A stretch of 62,205 nucleotides of DNA, the filler included, from Choristocarpus tenellus KU-1152 (taxonomy: Eukaryota; Protista; Phaeophyceae): the NCBI GenBank assembly GCA_964200185.2. It is 11 parts of 11 records of this genome, joined end to end, with 100 filler letters (N's around TTAATTAATTAA, not from the genome) between each part and the next. Parts side by side here need not be neighbours in the genome. Positions count along the whole stretch, not along the records: positions 7,191 to 18,443 come from CAXNAD020002424.1; positions 18,544 to 21,504 come from CAXNAD020023345.1; positions 21,605 to 27,220 come from CAXNAD020010240.1; 8 more parts are not named here. The stretch is one strand, 5' to 3'. Of the stretch, positions 10,896 through 22,515 are shown piece after piece. The notes below the pieces were generated by a model. That model did no database searches and was not told the origin of the DNA. It worked only from the letters and a program-made list of their open reading frames with translations. Both the position numbers and the translations under genes were made by a program. The stretch's first letter is position 1. Each line of letters opens with the position of its first letter.

Positions 10896-13537
10896 GGAAG
10901 GGCATCCCGAGATAATTTGGGTGTGTGACTGTGCTGAAAGGCAGCAGTTCAAGTGGAGTGAGCGACAGTGAGTGTGTGCAGTGAAGAAAAAAGAGTAATG
11001 CTATTCTTCTGTAAGAGGAAATTTAGTTTTGCAAGGAGAGTGAGTGGTTGGGTCATTTGAACACGCTCCACTTTGCTGAAGAAGTCGTAAAGATTGGTCT
11101 ATGCTGGGCGGTATACACTAGGTGCTCAAGGAGTGGACTTTGTAATAGGAAAATGTGCTGGGTCAGGGGAGGATGTGGGTGCTGTAAGAAATTGAGCCCA
11201 CAGCCAACCCTCCTTGAATGGGCAGCGACCTCTGCAATGCAATTTACGCGCACACTTTATGTGGAGGTCTAATGTTATTATTTTGTCTGGGATGAGAGGT
11301 GAGACTAGGAGAATGGGTACATTGGGTGGAAGAGTGGCATAAGGGGTGGTTGAACGTTGAAATTTTAGAAAGCATGGCAAACTTGAGGGTCTTCATTTAT
11401 TGGAATGTGCCTTTGTGTGCACTAGAAGTTCGCTGTAGGGGGGGGAGGGGGGGGAGTGGAGCGACGGAATGACATTGTACGCGACAAGAATATTTGCATC
11501 AAGGTCGACCTGTTTGCAAATAACCTCTAATGAATGAACAGTAGTTTGTTTTTCTTGCTTGTGAGGAGGATGAAATGTGAAATTTTTGTGCACAATATAT
11601 CTGTTAGTTCTAGACCACAGCAAACTCACAATGCAGAGTGAGTTGGGAATACAGGGAGAGGATTGAGTGTGGTTGTCTCATGGTTTTTCCAAGTCTATGT
11701 AAGGTTCTATGGTTGGTGTGAAAACTTGACCCTCTGTCTGCCCGCTCTACGTAGTATAATTGTTAGTGACACTTGCCCCCCTTGCTTGAGTGCAGGCTTG
11801 GTCACTATTGTAGAAGTTAATGCAATATTTGCACAGGCTTGCAATCTTTGGAAAAATCAAATCACAGGGTTGTTGGTGCTTTGAGATTGAAGGGTGCTTG
11901 GTCAAGGTGGGTATGTTGTTGGGTGTGATTTCTTCTTGTGTTGGTTGTACCTGCATAGCGGAAAGGTGCACGACAAAGATTTTCGTGAATGTCTGGGAGT
12001 GTGTATTTCTTCTCCTGTAGTAGTTGCAACGCTGGCAGCAGGTGTTGCCTGTTTTAGTTTTAGGACACGGATGAGTTGTGTAAAGCAGGTTCCCCTGGGA
12101 GGCTTCTACACCTTGTCATTGATGCAAGCAAGGAGGGAGTATGTGGTCGGAATCATGTTTGACATTATGTTTTTTTTGCAGAAAATATTTTTTTTACTTG
12201 CAGCTGCTTGCTTGACCACTCTGTACCAAGAGTGTTTGTGAGGAGAGCTGTTGCTGAGTAAAGTAGAAAAAAAAACACTGTTGTGGATCTCTTGATGTTG
12301 CTGGACATTTTGTATTGTTCAGTTTGTTAAGTGCCTTCCACAATTTCATGGCACTGTATTCTAGAGCTCTATATACCCCACACAAATATAAATGCAAGAT
12401 TGTACATGAAAAATTTTGGCATAGTGATATGCCATCCATCATGAGAAGTTCTACACCTCATAGAAATGCACTTGCACTACTTTAGTTTATATAAATTATC
12501 CTTTGCATTTCTTTGAGGCTACCCACTGCAGTGATCATTAGGCAGGGAAGCGATAGAGATGACCTAGGAAATAAGTAAACAAATGAAAAGAAGTAATGGG
12601 GGGAAAGAACTGAGGGTGCATTGAGATCCTGGTTGTCTCAATATGTAAAAAACTACTCCACTAATAGATACTATTGCATCAGGGTCACAAGTCTGCAAGA
12701 GTATCTCATTTCTTAGGTTAGTACTTGTGTGGGCCAGTGACAGGTCCCCACATATTGTTGTATTACGGGGAACCATTGGGGACAGTTACTGAAACTCAAA
12801 GAGCCTATTCAATGTTGAGGTGTATAAACAGTCCATGAGTCATTGCTTAGAACAAACATATAACAAGAGGGCAATGCCTCCTGTTAGTGAGTGTACAAGA
12901 GGAAGACAGTCACCCCTATGGCTGTAATAGTATCTCAAGGGGGAGGGAACCAAACTCCATGGGATGAGGTTGATACAGGTTGAGAGAAATGGGAATTATG
13001 GAGTTGTGAGGTAAGCAGACTCAATTCCTCAAGATATCACACCTGGTTTGTCATTTTCCCAGTAATGACAAAAAGGAGACTACTAACCAGGTTCAGTCAG
13101 TGATAAGGACACAGGGTCCTTGCCATCTGTCTACCACGTATCAAGCATTGCCCAACCAAGGTACCCCATGAATTAAAGTGTGTCAGATTATTGTGACCAC
13201 TTGGAATATGTCTTGCCAGTAGTCCAGGCAGAGTTTGAATGGCAACCCTACTGACATAAATATATGAGGGTGAGGGCTGTGATGCATAGTTGAGCTAATA
13301 TCCAGCTTATCTACAGGGTACACACAAGGATGGTCCACAGCACATCCGGGTTCCATCACACATACATAAAATGTCTAATGTGAGAGGGACAGGGACACAT
13401 GCCAGCGACACCTTTGAACACAGCAAAATCAATAAAAATACAAAGACTCTACCCTCTTCTCTTCCCTTAGTCGAAATCATACTCGGCAGTTATAGGAGTC
13501 CAGTAAGGTCATCACCATCTCCTGTTCATCCCACAAT

Positions 13538-14596
13538 TCAGGCCTCCACCATTGCCCGGGCTCTGCCATCTATGATGTCCCATAGTTTGTTCGCTACCTC
13601 GAATTCGCTTCTTCCTGTAGCACTGAACTGGAACCCCTGCACGGTATCGCTCCCTTTTGGCATAAACCAGCCTGCTACCATCCCAGGGTCTGCTTCGTAG
13701 TTCCACTTGATGTCCGTAATATTGGCGTAAAGAGATATGGAATTCTGTACACGAGGCATGTTGGTCAGGTGTGCTTCCACCGTGCCCTCCATGGCCTCGT
13801 CCACTCTTTTAGCCTTCTCCCGCAGTAGTTCAATATCTCCCTCTGTTTTCACCGCCACCTCCCGTAGGCCTTCAATATGTGAGACCATTCGCGCGCGCTC
13901 TTGCTCTACCCCGGCCACCTGGGACGCAAATCCCTCTTCTGACGGAACAACCACTTCTCGCTCGTGCTGAACTACTTGATCAGTCATTGCTGACAAGAAC
14001 AAAAGAGAGACGGAGTGGTATTATATTGAAGGTCATGACCAGAAAAACCTTTACGGCCATAGAAATTATTATGATCATGGATGGGAGAAGGGGGATAGTT
14101 GTGTAGGTGGTATAGCATACATGAATATGTGTGTGTGCGAGTAAGCTAACACGAAGTGCGCTCACAGAAGGGCTTAACCGTACAGAAGTCAGCAGTTGGA
14201 TGTCGTCTACATTGGTGCCAATAAAACGATGAATTCGAACTGCAATGGATTGCTCAGCATTTAAAAAATCCTTGTTGCAATTGCGCAAAAAGTGGGCGAC
14301 GGGGTCATGCGACCAGCTGCTAAAAGCGTCCTACATATCTTCTTCGAGGCAGAGAGGAGATCTTGCAGCACTATATCAGACATCGGAAATTTCGAAACGT
14401 AGGAGATAATTGTAATTGTCAGGACGCACTTACCTTTTACAATGGCCCTGGCATCAGTAACGCGACGATGGCACATCTCTTCAATCTTGCTCTCAGTGTC
14501 GATGATCTCCGCAACGTCGTAGGCTTCTTGATCCGTCATGCACTTCTCCATTACCCCGACACAGCTTACTATCTCTGCCCAAGAAGCCTGCACCAT
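13538..14596 (-). CDS. SPC24: Kinetochore protein Spc24 (NDC80 complex), 2 exons, ~204 aa
   Basis: Exon1 14596-14434 (MVQASWAEIV...AIVK, donor G|GTAAGT) joins exon2 13989-13538 (polypyrimidine-CAG acceptor) in phase 1. A coiled-coil N-half is followed by the Spc24-type C-terminal signature ISLYANITDIKWNY...GW...FQF...SEFEVANKLWDII. Confidence 0.85.
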
Positions 14597-15900
14597 ACTA
14601 TTCAAACCGTACGGCCAATGCCGTCAACTTTAACCTGTCACTACCTATGTGGAACTTTCATCTTTGATGCACTCAATGTGTCAACGGGAAATGACTTCGT
14701 TGATTGTATCAAGATATCGTATCGTTGTTTGTTTGCGCATTACGATATTTCTATGATTGAATACAACCTGTTATTCAACAGTATATATTTCTATGCCTCT
14801 CGATATTTTGGAGGGTTTGTTCCTATAGGAAAATGAAGAAATAGAGAAGGGAAGTGTAGAACAAAGAGGGAGGAAAGAAGATCATGTAGAAGAACACAAC
14901 ATAATAACCGAAGAAAGGACAAGTGTCATTTACATAACAATGAACGTGAACGTCACATTTTATCGGACAAAAATATTTCACCGATTTCCTACTGGTAGAA
15001 ATCACTTAGTTTTTGTATTGTCTTATAATATCATACTTGGAGGTACATACTGCTACACAATATCTAACGAGGTTTAACAAGACGGGATTGTAGGTCGTTC
15101 TCTACACACAACTGAAGATTCCATGAGCTAGTGGAAGAATATTTTTCCCTATAATCTGACTTGGAATTGGGTTAAGTGAGAGCCTGTCCAGGCCTCTACA
15201 AATTTGCGTACCACCTGTTTTGGTGAGTGGATGGGACTTCAACACTGTGACACACACGGTTGTGAGGGGTGGAATAGAGTCACACCATCTTAGGTTGGGC
15301 TTGTGATGTGTGTTCCACCCTGGTAACGGAAAATGTAATGGGCATATAGATTATAATTGCCCCAAGTGCAATGTGAAGCTCAGCGAGGACCACACAGATA
15401 CGGGCTGTCTTTATGAGGAGGAAAGGTGTGATATGTTAGACACGTTTTCTCTTGCATATCACTCTTACCACCTCAAGCTTACCAGTGAGGAGGAAAGGGG
15501 CATGTCCATCTTTGCCAAAGCTGATCTCTCCTGTTGTAAATCGAAGATGGTCCTGGATGGGCTTATCCATGGCAAGGAAGGTGAGAGACTCAGTCCCGTG
15601 TGTGGAGGGCGTACTTGATGGCTCGAGAATGCTCACAGTGTTACTGGAGGTTGACAACATGATGAATGGGTGGTTTTATGGCAGTTACTTGCGTCGATTG
15701 TCAGCCCTATGTTGCTGCTGTATGTGAAGCATATGCACATTGCTTGGTTATCGTGGATGACGTCAACTTTAAAGATGAGATATCTCACTGATCAGGGAGG
15801 GAGGATGCTTTGCTTGGGTGGGTAGAATACCGTGCAGCAAGAACATAAGATCTTGGCAATCTGGTTCTCAAAGACCCAGTGAGTGGTATGATATTATTCA

Positions 15901-16360
15901 GAGCCAAAGTAAACGACAGTTATCCAGGTTTTGGTCGTTTTGTATTTTAAGTCACTTTCTGATCTTCTGCGATTCACCCATATTTCTATGGATGAAGGAC
16001 AAAGATTGATTTGAGAGCGTTGATTTCTCTATTGTTCGATAATTTTGGACAGAATTCAGACTCAGAAATTTCGGTAAATGTTTGTCTGCATCATTAATTG
16101 TAACCCTGGGTACGGTACCCTTCGCATACTGTGCTCAATCATTGTACAGGTTCAGTTTCAAATCCAAACTCTTCGAAATTTATCGTTTACTCTTACACAG
16201 GCATATTATAAATCTCCAAGTGAAGAAAACATGGCACCATGTTTGTTTTTTTGCGGGGGGGGTCTACACCAGGGTGTCCGTTTGGACAAAATTAGGAAAA
16301 GTCCAAAAATCGCGACATGAAAAAATTGACCTCAAATGGACAGCCCAGATACTTTGAGCT
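15901..16360 (+). mobile_element. Degenerate longer member of GAG-ended (Sola2-like) family
   Basis: Left end GAGCCAAAGTAAACGA. Right end CAAAAATCGCGAC...TTGACCTCAAATGGAC...AGATACTTTGAGC resembles the MITE right end. No clean TSD. Confidence 0.45.
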
Positions 16361-16784
16361 GGTGCATGTTTGTGGAGATTGTGATCGCTCCCTAGAACGA
16401 GGGAGATATACCACGTCTGACACAGGTACCCTCTTTGATCCTGGTCTTCAACTGGACCCATCAAGATTTTGGCTTTCCTGGAACCTCCACTTGACAGCAA
16501 TGCCAGCAGCTACTGGCTAATTACTTTCAAGTACAACGATTGGGCATGTATTGAGCATATATAGGGCGAGCTATGTTTAAGTATGCACATTTCCCCTTTG
16601 CGAGAACAACACCGTCTATGATAAGGCCCAACGCACAACGTGGTACAGAATATATCTCTCTATCCTACCTCTTGTGTATCGTATATCATCCACAGCGTAC
16701 AAACATTCAAACATATATTCCAGAAAGAAATGACGAAACAGTGAAAGCTAGCATCGTCACCACCAGCACAGTGCTTTTAGATGA

Positions 16785-16950
16785 AAGTGAAAGTAAATGA
16801 AAAATACCGAGAGTTGCGTTTTAAGGATGCTGACAACTACGCGTAATATTCGCCTTTTTTACAAATGTGTATGGGATTTTCAGAATTATGGCAGAAAAGT
16901 TCAAAGAACAGAGAAATAAACGATCTCAAGTCAAACTTGAAATTCATCCA
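16785..16950 (+). mobile_element. Old fragment of the longer GAG-ended family
   Basis: Aligns by eye with 56728-56892 (shared TTGC.TTTTAAGGATG.TGACAA, TTCG.CTTTTTT and CTCAAGTCAAA). Confidence 0.5.
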
Positions 16951-17459
16951 TAGAAATATGGATGACTCGGAAAAGATTGAAAAACAGACTTTAAATGCAA
17001 ATGATCACATCCTGCGTTCCTCTTCTTTTTTACTGCAATTCTACTAAAAAGGCATCAACGCAACCATAGAAAATCATGTACTTGTACGTTAGTTAGTTGA
17101 AAGGAAACATGAAAATTTGTTCAAATATATCCTTAGAAACATGAAAAATGTATTACAAATGGTTAATTGGTATCCTCATCAAATCCTTCATAGAGAAAAT
17201 ATGTCCTTGGAAATAGCTCAAATATGATCTAGCAACACATACAAGGGAGATACATTACAAGTAATTGAATACCACTATTACTAATAATACTGAGAGGTTT
17301 TGATGCAGTCATGAATCAATGAATACACTATGGATTGCACAATAACCCTCTCCATATTTTTATTATTATGCCCTCTGACATTTTGCAGATGTGTCAGGGG
17401 GAAACCAATGAAAACTATATACATGTCGTTATTAGCCCTAAAGAAATATAATAAGAACA

Positions 17460-17531
17460 AGCGTCGACTCGGGATCGAACCAAGGACCCGTAGAGCTGCA
17501 ATCTACTGCTCTACCACTGAGCTATCAACGC
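17460..17531 (-). tRNA. tRNA-Cys (GCA)
   Basis: Minus strand GCGTTGA TA GCTC AGTGGTA GAGC A GTAGA TTGCAGC TCTAC GGGTC CTTGG TTCGATC CCGAG TCGACGC T. Full cloverleaf, anticodon GCA, intact A and B boxes, U73 discriminator typical of tRNA-Cys. Confidence 0.93.
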
Positions 17532-18226
17532 TGCTCATACCGCATCACTATATCCTTTCTTTTCTATCTCCCTCGATAAGCATTACAAACAGAACATAAA
17601 ATAGAATTGAAAATCAAGGATAAAAATGATAATGTACTGACTTTGATAACTGAAACATTCCATTTATCAGACAGAGTCCGAGGAATGAGTTACAGCGATA
17701 TGAGACTGATATAAGTTGTATTTTAGGAGTGATGTAGATCTTGAAAACAATACAATGATGGAAGAAAGTATTAATAATGTTTGTTCATTATGGACTAAAA
17801 CAAACTCTCTCTCCACTAAAAAAAAAAGAAATTTATTACACAGATAATATTTTACACGAATAAAACTCAAATTTTGATCATTTCTATTTGTGTTACTACC
17901 ATATTAATGACTATACTATGCCCATACTTTACAAAACTTGTTCTTGATAATATCTAGAAGACCCAAAATTACATAATTTACTTCATTCTAGTATAGAAGA
18001 CATGTAGAGTTGGTTAGATGTAATAATAAAATGAAAATCTTCATGGAACACTTCTTACCATTTCGAGTTAGAAAACATTCTACTCTCTCTTTTTGACACA
18101 AAATAGATCGAAATGGATGCTCTCCATTTTGTTTTGCTCACGAATTCTGTATTATTATTATTAACATATTCTTGTTTGCCGTTCCCCTATTTTTCCATTC
18201 CTTTCCTTCCCCATGTATTCCCTCTT

Positions 18227-18443
18227 ATGACCAGCCCATTGCGACCCCTTCGTCAATGGTTTCCTATTTACCCCCCATGAGATGACCAACCAGTGCGAAC
18301 CCCCTTCGTCACCGATTTCCAGTCACCCTCCACATTTGATGACCAACCAGCGCGAAGCCCCTTTGTCACTAGTTTCCAGCCATCCCCACATTTGATGATC
18401 AACTAGTGCGAACCCCCTTCGTCGCTGATTTCCAGCCATCCCC
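18227..18443. repeat. Minisatellite, ~56-bp unit, at least 4 copies, runs into contig end
   Basis: ATGA(C/T)CAACCAG(T/C)GCGAACCCCCTTCGTCA...TTTCCAG(C/T)CA(T/C)CCCCACATTTG units start at 18227, 18282, 18339 and 18395. Confidence 0.85.
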
Positions 18444-19106
18444 NNNNNNNNNNNNNNNNNNNNNNNNNNNNNNNNNNNNNNNNNNNNTTAATTAATTAAN
18501 NNNNNNNNNNNNNNNNNNNNNNNNNNNNNNNNNNNNNNNNNNNCCTACCAGCAACGTACTGTACTGCTGTGTGGTCATGACTCAGGAAGAAAGGCACTTT
18601 TCGCGAGAAATTTTTACGCGCGCGCAAAACTCGCGTGAATATCTCTGGGATTTTCTGCCAAATCGCCCGAATACGAGAATTACGGTACAAAATCCTATTT
18701 TTTGATCATGTCCAAAAAAGCGGTACAAAAATGGGGGTTTGGTTCATAATATTTGGCATAAAATCGGGGTAGGTACTGTATATTATTATGCTTTCTGACA
18801 TTTTCCAGATGTGTCAGGGGAAAAAATATTGAAAACTGTTCACATGTAAGAAAAATCTCTAACAAAGTATTAGTTGAAATAAATGTGAAAAACATCAATC
18901 TATTTGTTACAGTATGATGTTTTACTTCTACCATATTTGTATGTCAGAGTATGGATGGAAGGAAATAATACAGTTAACCCATGGATAAACCCAACTGCAC
19001 ACGCCTTCGATTGAACTGAAAGCCTCGCTTAATCTCTGTTTGGATCCCTGGATCCTCCACTAAGATTTAACAGTTGAGTTGGAAGTGGTTGGCGACCTTG
19101 CAGAAA

Positions 19107-21037
19107 ATGGCCTACCAGGCTATCGATGGACGGGAGGGTCAGCCCATATATGGCCAGATCATGGAAGGGGAACCTGTGCTGAGTTTTCCAGGTGAGGGGG
19201 AACGAGCCTCGCGGATTGGTTGTTGGTATCAATATGTCGTGTATTACTGTTGATAACATGTGTACTCTTGTGCGTGCGTGTCCCACATCATGGCATGGAT
19301 GCGATAAACTATCTCGAGAAGGTTCCTCATGCGTAAACCGTACGCTAAAACCCTAGTGCTCAGCTCCCTTCCTGTTGTTTCTTGCGCCAAACTTGTTCCT
19401 CGAACAAGAGCAGACCGCAGGCAGTCAACTGAATCGTATGGCGCAGCAGGTGCGCATGTTGAAGGCACCGAGTCGGTGGCAGTGGAACGGCGGGATGATG
19501 AACCCACAAGTAAAGGCACTATCTTGTACAAAATTGTCCTCGGCCTGGTTTGCCTCTCTGGAGTCCTTGCTCTCGCCGGCAGCTTTCGAAAAACCAAGGA
19601 GTCGATAGCCCTCGAGACGGACGTCGAGTACCCGTTCACAACAGCTGAACACCCCGTCCGACCGGGCCCACTGTGGGGTCAAGTGTCCCGTCCTTATCCC
19701 ACGGGTGCCTGGTGGCTGAACCTGGTCATTGGACAAGGTGATGGCCTAGTCGCTCCGCTGCCTTACGCTGTCAAAGCAACTGAGGAAGGCGTAGGTGTGT
19801 CCTATTCCGCGATGCGACGCAGCGTGAGCTCCGAAATGATTCAGGACATATATGGAGCAGATCTTACCTTGACGTCAATAGAGGATCAGCGGGGTCACAA
19901 CATCATGGGGTGAGAGTCCTGATCATCTCGTCGATCGAATGCTCATTTCTCATTTCTCTCTCCAGCTGATTGATTGTCCCCGTGCCCACCCCATTGCTGT
20001 TATTGAGTCACCAGGAAAGATCATGGGTGGCCTAATGGTCGTGGTGCAGGAACTCAGAAGGATTTTGTTTGTCCACCCCCCAGAAGACATTTCCCCACGT
20101 AGGATTTGTCTAGTGTAGACTTTTTTTATTTGTTTTCCTGCCACACTCTACTCCAAGACACACTCTTGCGTAGCTCAGCCCTCCTACCCTCACCCTCCCT
20201 TCCACTCCTATAACTATGAAATCCAAACAATACACATTTGCAGGGATGGCTTGATCCACCGATCTTTCGCATTGACTTCCCCCGCCCCTGCCCCCCGCAA
20301 CCTTCTGTGTCCGTACAGGTACGACAACCTAACAGTTACACTCCAGCACAATGTTCATGGCGGAGGGTATTACAGAACATTATTGGCCCGTGGCTCTCCT
20401 TACATAACACTCGAGTACCTAGATGTGACTCCCCAAATTCATGCCAATGCCGAGATACTCAAGGTGACGTGGCGTTCCTCCTGCTCTCGTTTACTGGTAC
20501 TGTAGCTGACCTATTTGACAACACATCAGCTCAGTCATGATAGGAGGGGGAGAGAAAAGCTCACACGTTAGATCTGAAGAGAGGGCTGTAATCCTAACCT
20601 TAAGTCAACTGTTGACACCAATATACAGGGGTCAAAATACATGCTTTTCCGCTATCACTCTGCTAGTCCAGGCTGTGTATGTCTTGTGTGTCTGTGAGGT
20701 GGAAACCAATGGTTTGTGGTATGGAGTCTCAGGGGGCCTTGGTGCGCTTGACGTTCTGAGAAGAGCAACTATGGCAATCAGATTTGGGACAGGGGGATGT
20801 GGGGGGGGTGGGGGTAGGCTGGATGGCTCTGTCAGTTTCCAAGGTAGGATTATACGGAACCAACAATTTCCCGTCCCTCCCACCTAATTCCATCAGGTCA
20901 ATGGGGAGGTACCTAAGTCAGGGAGCTCTTACCATGGTGTCCAATTCAAGCTGATACTAAGTAATCGGGAGACCTGGATGGTCTATACGTCAGGATCGGT
21001 CACGTGGAAGCTCGGTGCATCCAGGGACTGTTTAAAG
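19107..21037 (+). CDS. Glycoside hydrolase family 81 endo-beta-1,3-glucanase, N-terminal part (3' truncated by contig end)
   Basis: Exons 19107-19191 (predicted, less certain), 19414-19909, 20319-20463 and 20897-21037 splice in frame. GH81 N-domain motifs PYPTGAWWLNLVIG..PLPY, YDNLTVTL, LARGSPYITLEY and FKLILSNRETWMVYTS. A hydrophobic segment ILYKIVLGLVCLSGVLALAGSF precedes the domain. Confidence 0.85.
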
Positions 21038-22515
21038 GTTGGTGAAGGTTGGTGGTGGTTTTGTGAGTAGATGAGCAAGCATGCACGCGTTCGTCCTCTC
21101 AAGTTGAAGGCACGTTCCATGAGTTCTCCCTAAATCAAGAATCAAGAATTCCTCCCAATAAGTGGAAAAATTTGGATGTTGTAGCCATACCACCCTCTTA
21201 CGTGCCCCAGTCCTGGTCCCGAAAGAGGGTGTCATGAAGAATTGAAGTAGGGGAGTGCATTTGCCTTTACTCTACCTAGTTTTTGGTAGCAAAAGGCTGG
21301 CAATTTGAATAGCTAACTGTGGCGGCTACGATCACGCTATGAAAGAGTCGCTAGTGACAAGAACTGACAAGAACTGAAAAGAACTGACAAGAAGTTAATA
21401 GTGAGGCCTCGTAACAACCACAGTGCGTACCCCCCGTCGTCCTGTGCGACTGCCGGCGCGGCGCTCCAAAATAGCAACAAAAAAAAACGAAACGAAACGA
21501 AACGNNNNNNNNNNNNNNNNNNNNNNNNNNNNNNNNNNNNNNNNNNNNTTAATTAATTAANNNNNNNNNNNNNNNNNNNNNNNNNNNNNNNNNNNNNNNN
21601 NNNNCCCCCCTTTTCCCAATGAATGCATGATGACTCCCCTCCGCCCTCCCCCTCCCCCTCCATGATCATTACGAGTCCAACTCGTTTTTGCGTGAGAAGG
21701 GGAAGGCATCTCTAGCCAGTGTTTTCATTTGGCAACTCAATTCCAGCATTCAGTATTCAGAACATGTCGAAGGGGTTGCCTCCAGTGACAGCCTGCTCAG
21801 GTTCAAGAGAGGAGCACGGGCATCCATTTCCACCATGGGCGGCATAGGAAATAAAAGTGTTCACTCTACTAACAGAAGTAAAACATACACAATAAAGGGT
21901 ACAGTTTGTAAAGGTTTCCGTCTTTGGTTGAGGCGTATATGCTATATCTTTTTCGACAAAAATACCAGGGAAATGTTCTATCTGACAAGCAGCAGAACAC
22001 ATGTAGAGGAACATTGCTTCGCTGGATACCACAACTGGCAATGAAATGTTGGTGGTACAGTGACATTAGACATTGACAGCAACCACAGTTTACCACTCCA
22101 CAGACCATCATTGTTCTTATGTCTTAAAACATCATTTTTTTGCCGATTTTCTACAGTCCCTGGTCAAAATCTCAAAACCCTAACCCTAACCTCCAGAATC
22201 TACTAATATTCGATAGTCATCCTTAAAAATTTAGAAAACTCAGTCAAGCATCAACAAAAACCACCACATCCCAATCGCTCATTTCTTCAATGCAAATAAC
22301 CTGCAGAGGTTCACAGTATGCATCATAATAATAATAATAATAATAATAGAGATTCAAGGGTGCAATGCAACCATCTCACAATAAAAAAGAACGTGAGTCC
22401 AGCTCCTTACAAAAACCTACATACATATGTACTGATGCATGGGGTTACAAGAGTTTGTTGAGAGGGTGTACCTTTTCCATGACATGAAGTGGAACCAAAG
22501 AGGTGCTTGGCAGTA

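Noticed and set aside
14363-14836. 157-aa plus-strand ORF
   Set aside because: Antisense shadow of SPC24 exon 1 with no recognisable motifs.
18227-18443. Possible CRISPR-like array
   Set aside because: Units are similar over their whole length, with no unique spacers and no cas genes. Eukaryotic context.
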